DNA of 64,000 nt, taken from contig NC_092676.1 of assembly GCF_964355755.1 (NCBI RefSeq), forward strand, positions 21,098,871 through 21,162,870. The letters run 5' to 3'. This document shows positions 55,684-64,000 of the stretch, in pieces (within the stretch, counting starts at the first letter, position 1; each line of letters opens with the position of its first letter). The stretch comes from Antedon mediterranea. Lineage: Eukaryota; Animalia; Echinodermata. The notes below the pieces were generated by a model, which made no database searches, was not told the origin of the DNA, and was given only the letters and a program-made list of their open reading frames with translations. Made by a program: the position numbers and the translations under genes.

Positions 55684-57246
55684 GTAAGTATTCCCTTTAT
55701 TATAAATTTAGTAGCATAAGTAACATATAGCAAAACATGCATGTATATAGCATATTAATTAGGTAAATGTGTATTTGTTGGCAGTACAAACCATTTTTTG
55801 TTTGTGAATAGATCTTAAAATTGTAGCTTGTAGTTTAAACGATTTGACCAATGTCTGTAATTTTCGAGCGTATAGGAAAGCTGAAAAGTGTATAAAATAA
55901 TCCATACCCGTATCATGTTATCTATTGCAATTTCAATTTCCCTCTAGGCCAAAGATATTGCATGGACAAACATTGTAAACCTACCTGAAGTGTAGTGTGG
56001 TTACAGGCAATATTGTCTAACTACCATTTATTTGAAAAGTTTGACCAGATTACTGAAAAACAAATCCACATATAATTTGATACGAGCAAAGCTCCACGCC
56101 TATTGGGTGCTTGTTTGACCGGTAGTCAATATAATCATCTGAACAGTGTGAATAAAAATAATTATACTTGTACTATTGTGAATTCCACATTATGTTGAAC
56201 TATTAGGAATTCACACCATTCCATTATACACTACACACATTTTCAAGAAAAATAAATAATTGAACACAATTTAGAAATATTTTCACCAAGTTGTTCTGAC
56301 ATGTTTTTCGATAACTATCAATATCGTCAAAATCTAGTAAATCGTTGTGAATCAACGTTTAAAACGTTTTCAAACTGAGTCTGTCACGTCATTGATGACG
56401 AATAAATTATAAAGACAAACACAGATGCTGACTTTAACACTTCTCACTTTGGATCAGCAGAAAAACAAGCCTCGTATGGTTCCACTTTTGACGCATATTT
56501 ATGGAGGTTTTCGTACTTTACCAATCTGTCATGATTCATTTGTTCTGCTTGTTACTGAACAAAAACAATAAAAAATAAGATTTTTATTTTTTCTAAACTT
56601 TGTTTAATGAGGGTGACTTAAAGGCGCTAAAACATTTACCAAACAACGATATACATACACAAAATGTGAAAAAGTTAAAAAAAACAAACATTAAAAACCT
56701 TATAATAATGTTTATAGAAATATATAAAAATATGCCATACAATGAATTGGAAAATTACGTAACCTGGGGATAGTGTCTGCCATAATAAATAAAGTCATAC
56801 TTTAATTTAAATTTATATTTAATGTTTCGCATTACAATGGGTAATGTATTAAGTAAGGACGGTGCTTTATGTAAAAAAAACAGTCCCTGAAGGTTTCAAA
56901 ACAAGGAAAGGGGACAACGATGAAAGAACCTTTCTAGCACTTTGAGTTCAATGAGATCTTTTGTGGATTCTTGTAAGATGGCAGTTTTGGTAGTCCGGTA
57001 TGAAAACGTTGGTGGCGCCACTGACAAATGTACCAGACGATTCCATTCCTCTCAGTCGGACGATTATTCTACTAATTATATCATTAAGAATTTATAGTTG
57101 CCTTTGGTTTTTTTGTGAACCAATGTTGCAATATTTAGTTCATAGTATAATACCTTTATAATAATATCTTTTTACGGTTATTAAAAATGTTTTGTTAGGC
57201 CTACTAATGAGTATTTCACTAACCTGGTTGAAAATTGTTCTTTCAG

Positions 57247-57340
57247 AATGCTCGAAGCTGCTCGAGTCACGCCGACTGTGGCCTTCTCTCTGGTATGTCA
57301 TGTAGAAGTGGCTCATGTGTAAGAATTGTTCGACGAGATG
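57247..57340 (+). CDS. Peptide precursor exon 2: NARSCSSHADCGLLSGMSCRSGSCVRIVRRD (4-Cys peptide plus dibasic site)
   Basis: Acceptor TTCTTTCAG, C-x5-C-x7-C-x4-C, donor G|GTGAGT (phase 1). Confidence 0.85.
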
Positions 57341-57443
57341 GTGAGTATTAGGTAGATAGGCAGGCCCTATCGGTAGTATAGGTCTCTAAATGTTGACGAT
57401 GTTGAAGGAAAGAGTATATACAATCTTACTAATTTCTTTTTAG

Positions 57444-57535
57444 GCGGCGATAACGGTATGGCACAGTTTATCGGATCTGATCTCGAACTAGAAATCGAAG
57501 CAGATGAAGAAGATGATGATGAAGATGATGATTAA
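57444..57535 (+). CDS. Peptide precursor exon 3: acidic C-terminal propiece (G)GDNGMAQFIGSDLELEIEADEEDDDEDDD*
   Basis: Acceptor TTTCTTTTTAG, phase-1 compatible, TAA stop, AATAAA at ~57690. Confidence 0.85.
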
Positions 57536-58516
57536 AAAGTCAATCATGTGATCGTTTTCTTGACCCTCATTGGTCATCTTATCCGGCATTTTTCCATATC
57601 TTTATTGTAGTATAAACATAGAAATATATTCCACATTCACAACGATTATAATTAAGAAGGTATCCTCTGTTTGTTCAGCCTGTAACAACAATAAACGTCT
57701 TCCATAAAAAATGTCGTTTTCGTCTTGTTTTATTACATAGTCGCACGGAAGCTCAACCAAACCAATTAATACAAAATTATATTATATTATTTGACATTGT
57801 GTGTTTAACGTGATTGATGTTGTACCTAATGACTGACTGGCCATAATGTAATTCAAAGCTATAGCATGGTACGTTTCTCGTAATTCAAGTTTACCCGAAG
57901 CATCACACTAAAGTGACGAAAAGCCATACGCAAAGAATATACATGTAATCCACACCAACAAGCGTAACGCTTTAATAGTCTTGTATTATTAAATATGAAA
58001 AATAGGGAAACCGTTGAAGAACCGCTCATTTAAATTGTTTTATTTCATTTGTGTGGGTTAACAATGGACAAATCTCACTTGGATTCAATCATTTTGTATT
58101 ATGTTATTAAAGTACATTGTTATCCCATACGGTACAATTAGTACTTTATTTATTTCAAACTTTGTTACCGTACAATACAGACCTGCCTACTCGGCGTAAG
58201 TTAATTGAAATACTTGATATATGCCTAAGACGTCTTATCGGAAACACTCATAAAAAAAGTATTTGCGACTTTTCAGATATCTAAAGAACACAATTAAAGT
58301 TTTACAATCAACATCGGCACATCAATAAGATTGTAGTGTTACCTGTTTATTATATCGAATAAAAAGATCTTGTTTTGTGGTCATATGGCCTCATGCAGCT
58401 GGAATGGTCTTGGAAAGTTCAAAATTCCACAAAGGACTGTTGCTTCGTTTTACATAATTATTTATTCTTTTTTTCATTATAAAAATATAATGATAATGGT
58501 AATACATTCACCTAAG

Positions 58517-58745
58517 GCAAGCAGTTAAGACAGTGGGACTGTAATTACCTAGAATGAGTCTTTCCGGATAAGGACTAAAACCCGTAGGTCCAGTGTACAC
58601 ACAGGTATAGTGTACACTACCGGTAGCTCATGTAAATCTAGTACATTTTTCGAGACGAGTAGGGAGTTATCCCGGTGTACTAGTACATCACAGCCAATGG
58701 TCATAACTGAGCCCTTGGATACCAGTCTTTGACTGAAGAGGTTAC
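58517..58745 (+). mobile_element. Internally deleted, diverged copy of the Deu-like tRNA SINE
   Basis: GTTAAGACAGTGG.AC.GTAATTAC head fragment joined to the CGGATAAGGACTA...GAGACGAGTAGGGAGTTATCCCGGTG core; 3' part differs from the 6227 copy. Confidence 0.75.
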
Positions 58746-59255
58746 ATTTTCTTAGACACATTATATACATCGAAATCCAAATCTTTACCAATTCCTCCAT
58801 GGCTGCAGTATGTTGTATTATACAAATCGTAATGACATGACCTGTTTTTTTCTTTCAAATTGTTGAGCTTAGTTATCGAAAATAGAACTACTTTCAAAAC
58901 AGGTGACATCCTTTTGAGAAATTTGTTCAGATTTAGTGTGCAGGTGGCAAAACCGTACGGAATCAAAATATCGCTTTTGTTCCATATGGCTAAATAACAA
59001 CTATCATTGTTTTTAAACTCTGTAATAAATAATAGAGAAAGTCCTACAAGTTGTTTTATAGTTATCATATTTATCATCTTTACTTGTGGTGAGATGTCAA
59101 TTAAAAAAACTGATAATAGGCCTTATAACGTATAATACAGAATCTGTGTTTTAGTCAGCAGTCAAGTTTTACTAGCTTAACTCTTAAAATGTAGATATAC
59201 AAAACATTAATACTTGTGGTCATATCCTTATACAATAAACTGACAATGTGGTCAC

Positions 59256-59325
59256 CTGAACTCTGCCGGGTTCAGATCCTGAACTCCTCCGGGTTCAGAT
59301 TCTGAACTCCTTCGAGTTCAGATCC
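59256..59325. repeat. Three tandem 23-bp units, each a hairpin CTGAACTC-N4-G(G/A)GTTCAG
   Basis: Direct reading; loops are TGCC, CTCC and CTTC. Confidence 0.85.
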
Positions 59326-60149
59326 TGTGACATGAGATTGTCTTCAGACACGTTCCATCTACAATGTCTTTGTTGATAATCTGTCATTGTGTTTGTTCCA
59401 ACGGTTTCCAAATTGCTAGAGGAAGTTAAAGATTTAGTATACTTAATTCATGCTGTGACATAACCTATGACCTATTGTATTTTATATATTTTATATATCT
59501 GGGCATATGGGAAGATCTTACAACATGAAAACTTTTCCTACAGTAAGCAGTAAGCTCTCTGTTCTACGTAACGTATTCCTTTTCGATGAGTCTGGAAACT
59601 CTATCTGTGCCTTGATTGTTTAAAAAACACCCGACAAGAAATGACACTATAGTCTTATACCGTTTTGGTTTCACTTGTCATCCAGCGGGTCTGATTCAAT
59701 TGCAAGAGTCAATGAACAATTGAATGAACTTGTTGAAAAGAACGTTCGTGTACATAAACCACTGTACAACCAACTGTCTAAAGAACGGAAGCGTTTTATT
59801 TAAGTCCGTTATTATATATAATATTATGATCTTATGCTTTGTTTTTGAAGTGGTGATATTATATTTTTAACTGAAAGAGTGTCTGTAATTCGTTCTGAAA
59901 GATGTTTTTATGTTGTCAGTTCAAATTTTAGGTCAACGGATTGTGTCTAAATTACAACTTTAAGTTGATCTTTTATTAATTTGAAGTGAAGTGGTTGGGA
60001 TTATTCATTGTTTCGCTCTAAAGAATAGACAACTGAAATAAATATGTCCCTAATCAGGATAAAACTTCAAGGACCAAATAATACAATAGGTTATCACTAA
60101 AAGAACAAATTTAGTATAAATATGATATATATCCAGGCTATGATATAAG

Positions 60150-60186
60150 TATAAAAGACTTCATCAGTCCGAGTGCAAATCATTCC
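60150..60186 (+). promoter_or_regulatory. Core promoter of the metalloprotease gene: TATAAAAG plus Inr-like TCATTC
   Basis: TATA at 60150, TCATTC at 60180 (about 30 bp spacing), ATG at 60239. Confidence 0.55.
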
Positions 60187-60238
60187 ACCGGTTTTCTTCA
60201 ACATCTTTAAGTTGCAAGTGCGTACATACAGAACAGCA

Positions 60239-60322
60239 ATGGCTAGGTCTAATTACTTTGAACTTCTTGGTATCTTTGTGTTCTTTGTGTTATCATTAAG
60301 TTTTGTATCTGGGAAACCATCG
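60239..60322 (+). CDS. ADAM/ADAMTS-type (M12B reprolysin) metalloprotease precursor, exon 1: signal peptide MARSNYFELLGIFVFFVLSLSFVSGKPS
   Basis: ATG in GCAATGG context, hydrophobic core, donor TCG|GTATGT (phase 0). Confidence 0.8.
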
Positions 60323-60654
60323 GTATGTATATGCACTTTAAGTAAAAATGTCATGTAATCAATTTATAACAAGTGTATGCTAGTAACTTTAAGATATAAT
60401 TTATGATATGGACCAAATTACCATATTCTGTTGAAATTGAATTGTACAATACTATTTATAGTATCGTTTTTGAATTTATACTTTCTTGATAACATTTATT
60501 TTGTAACATCAGGAAAAATGCTAAAAGTAAACTCTTTGTTTCATTACCGTAATTGGTCAATTCACTAACCATTGCGGAACAAGGTCGATAGAGTAATCGT
60601 TATGTATTTCAATTTTTAACAATTGTATTGGTAATAAAGTAAATAACTTTTCAG

Positions 60655-60715
60655 GTTTTGAAACTGTCAAAGAGAGACGTGATGAGTTATCTTGCATCTG
60701 AAAATATTGATTCAG
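60655..60715 (+). CDS. M12B protease exon 2 (VLKLSKRDVMSYLASENIDS)
   Basis: Acceptor TTTTCAG, donor CAG|GTTAGT; phases 0/1 bridge exons 1 and 3. Confidence 0.75.
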
Positions 60716-61284
60716 GTTAGTAAGGAGTTTTTAACTTCATTAAGTTACAGTATCTGTTTTATTGTTTGAAAGTTTGCATTGCGAAATCAAATATTGATAT
60801 AAACAATGAGGACGTTCAAAGCATATTGATCGAAACGTCGATAAACTCCACAGTTATTTTAAGAACTAATACACGTGGTGTACCGCAAACTTTATATCAA
60901 CAGTATCTTTTTTCTTACAAGCTCAATCTTACCTGGTACTAGTTATTGGGCTTATAATATTTATGAATTAAAATCTCATGTAAAATGATAATTAAAAAAG
61001 AAAATGTTGAATAAGCCAATTTAAAGTATAACCTAAAGTTCATTCACTTTGATTAGATTGAAAAACACTGATAACCTAATATAAAAAAAAACACCAAAAG
61101 TCAATGACTTTGGTAAAATGTAACTGTATATTTGTTCTCTTTTTTTATAAATAAAATAATTGAGTTTTGTTCCTTCGTTTTGGAAAAAAAGGAAGGATTT
61201 AAAATTAATTAAAAATTACGAAATGGTCCAGTATTCAAAGTTTCATTTGACACATCTTATTTGACATGTTTTTGGGGACAATAT

Positions 61285-61443
61285 TATCTGTCTATACTAT
61301 CAAACTTTATGTGTCAAACAAAATGCCCATATGTGGACATGATGATGTCATATTACTACCACATTTAAGCATATCACTATACCATATTTGGGCACATCAC
61401 ACTGTTTTTTGTCAAACTAGTTTGATAGTGTAGACAGAGCTTT
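61285..61443 (+). mobile_element. MITE-like element, same family as 42192
   Basis: TCTGTCTATACTATCAAACT...AGTTTGATAGTGTAGACAGAGCTTT terminal inverted repeats. Confidence 0.75.
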
Positions 61444-61468
61444 AAGAATGATTCTACTTTCGTTTTAG

Positions 61469-61606
61469 TTGCTGACTTTGACATTGCTCCTACGATGCAT
61501 ATACAAGATAACCATAGGAACAAACGCTCTGTAAACGTTGACGAAAAAGAAATAAGATTCAACGCCTTTGAAGAGAACTTTCATCTGAAAGTGCAGCTTA
61601 ATATAG
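61469..61606 (+). CDS. M12B protease exon 3: prodomain (VADFDIAPTMHIQDNHRNKRSVNVDEKEIRFNAFEENFHLKVQLNI)
   Basis: Acceptor TTTTAG, RxKR site and AF...F-x-L...N motif typical of the reprolysin propeptide, donor AG|GTAAGG. Confidence 0.85.
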
Positions 61607-62869
61607 GTAAGGAATGATTATTTAAATACGACACAGGGTAAAGTTATTACCAATTCTGACGTAATTTTGTTAATTGATTGGATTTCAATCTAATCCACTG
61701 GATTTACTTGTTTAGTAAACAGTCCAGTGTATTAGATTGGTATCTCCACTTCCTAAATCATTAAAGATTCTTGATTTTCTGTTTGAGAAACAAAAGCGAA
61801 CCTTGTTTACAACCCTTTTATGGCCATATAGTACGTAAGATCTCTTTGGCAGGGAACAAATGCTTATAAAACTACGTTATTGACTTTCTTGCTACACATT
61901 CATGAAATATAAAGAATTTCAGCAAAAACTGTTTCTATTCAGACTTCAGATCTGTATCAGTTATTAATAAATAATGATTTTTATTAAAACAGACTTTTCA
62001 AGGAAAATGTTCACTATTTAGTTGGTTAAATCACTGACAAAAATAGGGGCCTAAGTGAGTTAGGAGTACATTCTAGTCGAAAGGATTACTTGAGAAATGT
62101 TGGATAAAGTTAATCGTAATTCTCAATAATTACAGATTATACACCTATACGACATATCCATTCATAATTGTTCTGTAAATAATGGACCTGTGTATTAATA
62201 ATAATATTAGACCGTCATAAATTATTCATAAATCAAACAAATCTAAAATTAATATGTAATTGCGTCTTACTATTAGTACTACCAACAATGACGTTGACTG
62301 TACATGTATTAACTTTGATAAAATCCGCCTTGACTCTCGTTTGACTCTAGATTTTTTGAATAGACCCATTAATCCAATATGGAAGTTTAGCTATTTAAAT
62401 ATTTAAGTATATTCAAATATCCAGGTCAGCTTTAAGCTCGTGGTTAACAAAATGAAGTTAAATCAATGTTTATACTGAGATATTGATTGGATTGAATCTA
62501 CATGTTTTAAGGAAATTAAAAAAAAAAAAAATAGGACTTTGGTCTACATTGTACACTAATATTAAATATTGCTATGATGACATTACAATAAAGTAAGAGT
62601 GTTTGTGACGAGATTATAGAGATGTACTTGAGGAGTTGGAAACACCTTTCGAAGTAGAAAAATATGGATTTATAAGTAGATAAAGTAGTAAAATAATATT
62701 GTTTTCAAAACTATAGTAACTTTAAACTTAGCAGAATAATAACATATTTTTTTATTTAAATAATTATATTTCAGGAGGTAGAAAATACAATATTCACTTA
62801 ACTTGATTTAGGCCTATATATGAATATAAATAATATAAATATTTTTTATTTTCTATCTAGTAACAAACT

Positions 62870-63280
62870 GTGCACATTCAACTATATTATTAATGAATTT
62901 AATATACTGTAAATATTTCTTTAAAATAAGTATACGACTTTGTTAGGGAAAAACTCCACGTGCATTCCTATATTGTTTTATTGTATCAATACATTTTTCC
63001 ATTAAAACAATCTAGAAATGTTATACTAAACTATAAGTTTTATAAGTTGTGTTCACCGATCATCTGTGAACATTCATTTTCAAAGCTAGGCCCAGAACTT
63101 TGGAATAACCTTTCAAGCACAATTCGTGACTCATCTTCAATTATAACTTAAAAAAAACTATTGAAAACCCATCTTTTCCCGAAATAATTATGTTACCTGA
63201 TGATCGGTCATTGTAAAGCGCTTTGATCCTTGTAAAGGCGCTATATAAATTTAAATGTTAATGTTAATGTTATTATTAAT
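62870..63280 (+). mobile_element. Degenerate LINE 3' end with tail (L2/CR1 group)
   Basis: FSKLGPELWNNLSSTIRDSSSI...KKLLKTHLF motif, then TGTAAAGCGCTTTG...GGCGCTATATAAAT and a (TTAATG)n tail characteristic of L2-type ends. Confidence 0.7.
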
Positions 63281-63286
63281 CAACAG

Positions 63287-63432
63287 ACCTTTTCCCGGCA
63301 AGTTTTGTGATTGAGCAAATTGGCGTCAACGGAAGCACCCTCCACACGCCCAAGTTTGCTGATTGTCACTACATTGGGAACTCTGTCAGTCATAATGATT
63401 CGATTGCTGCTATTTCAACGTGCAATGGAGTT
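63287..63432 (+). CDS. M12B protease exon 4: prodomain (DLFPASFVIEQIGVNGSTLHTPKFADCHYIGNSVSHNDSIAAISTCNGV)
   Basis: C-H-Y-x-G...S-x-A-A-I-S-T-C-N-G is the conserved ADAM/ADAMTS prodomain motif. Acceptor CAACAG, donor GTT|GTAAGT. Confidence 0.92.
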
Positions 63433-63772
63433 GTAAGTATTGTACAGTGTATTTACGTCTCAAACCTAATTTTATACTGTACTACTGACCTTTATAATAA
63501 TACAATGGCATCTTTAATGGTTATTCCTTATGTACATACTATATTGTAATATATCGTAATAATTAAAACCATTTTACTATCCGTAGGCATAAGTATTGGC
63601 TCACAGACCTGAGAAAAGTTTCTGTGAAAATATTTCAACTAAACTACTTCTTGTAAATAAATTGTCATCGTGCGCTGCAAAAGCAGTTCGTAGAGAGAAA
63701 TCTTTCACTTGGAACTAGGACATAGCTTGTTATATAAAATATAATGTATTTCTCATCAAAATGTATATACAG

Positions 63773-64000
63773 AATGGATATATCAACACCGAAATTCATG
63801 ATTTGTTGATCCGTCCTTTACGTCCGGAGCATACCGATAAGCTTCGTCTACGACGGAGCAGTGATGACGATGACGTAGATGCGCACATTGTTATCAAATT
63901 TGACGTTGTTAGCCATTGTTCTGTTGGAGAATCTGAAACTGCAGAAGATGTTACATCGTCAACTTCTTCACCTACTACACCATCTACTACACCATCTAGT
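63773..64000 (+). CDS. M12B protease exon 5, truncated by window end (NGYINTEIHDLLIRPLRPEHTDKLRLRRSSDDDDVDAHIVIKFDVVSHCSVGESETAEDVTSSTSSPTTPSTTPSS)
   Basis: Acceptor TACAG, G-x-I...I-x-P-L...H-I-V...C prodomain pattern, frame open to position 64000. Confidence 0.88.

Overview
AT-rich, intron-containing eukaryotic DNA. It is probably from an invertebrate deuterostome such as an echinoderm, inferred from Deu-domain-like tRNA SINEs and very abundant TAGGCCTA octamers. Almost all ORFs in the supplied track are spurious; the real genes are split by GT-AG introns and were assembled by hand. The left edge holds a probable first coding exon of an unidentified minus-strand gene, followed by about 34 kb with no convincing coding sequence. 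The right 30 kb holds four genes that each begin with a signal-peptide exon: (1) an IGFBP+CUB-like protein (+, 34631-36796, 242 aa); (2) a convergent paralogous single-IGFBP-domain protein (-, 41117-46515, 137 aa); (3) an 82-aa precursor of a 4-Cys peptide with an RR site and an acidic C-terminal propiece (+, 55621-57535); (4) the 5' part of an ADAM/ADAMTS-type M12B metalloprotease (+, 60239 to window end). Repeats include three SINE copies, L1/Tx1 and L2/CR1-type LINE remnants, a hAT-type non-autonomous element with an 8-bp TSD and internal higher-order tandem array, a DINE-1/HINE-like element, a small MITE family, a local ~1-kb duplication and a perfect 50-bp palindrome. All gene models come from reading the sequence only, with no database or transcript support.
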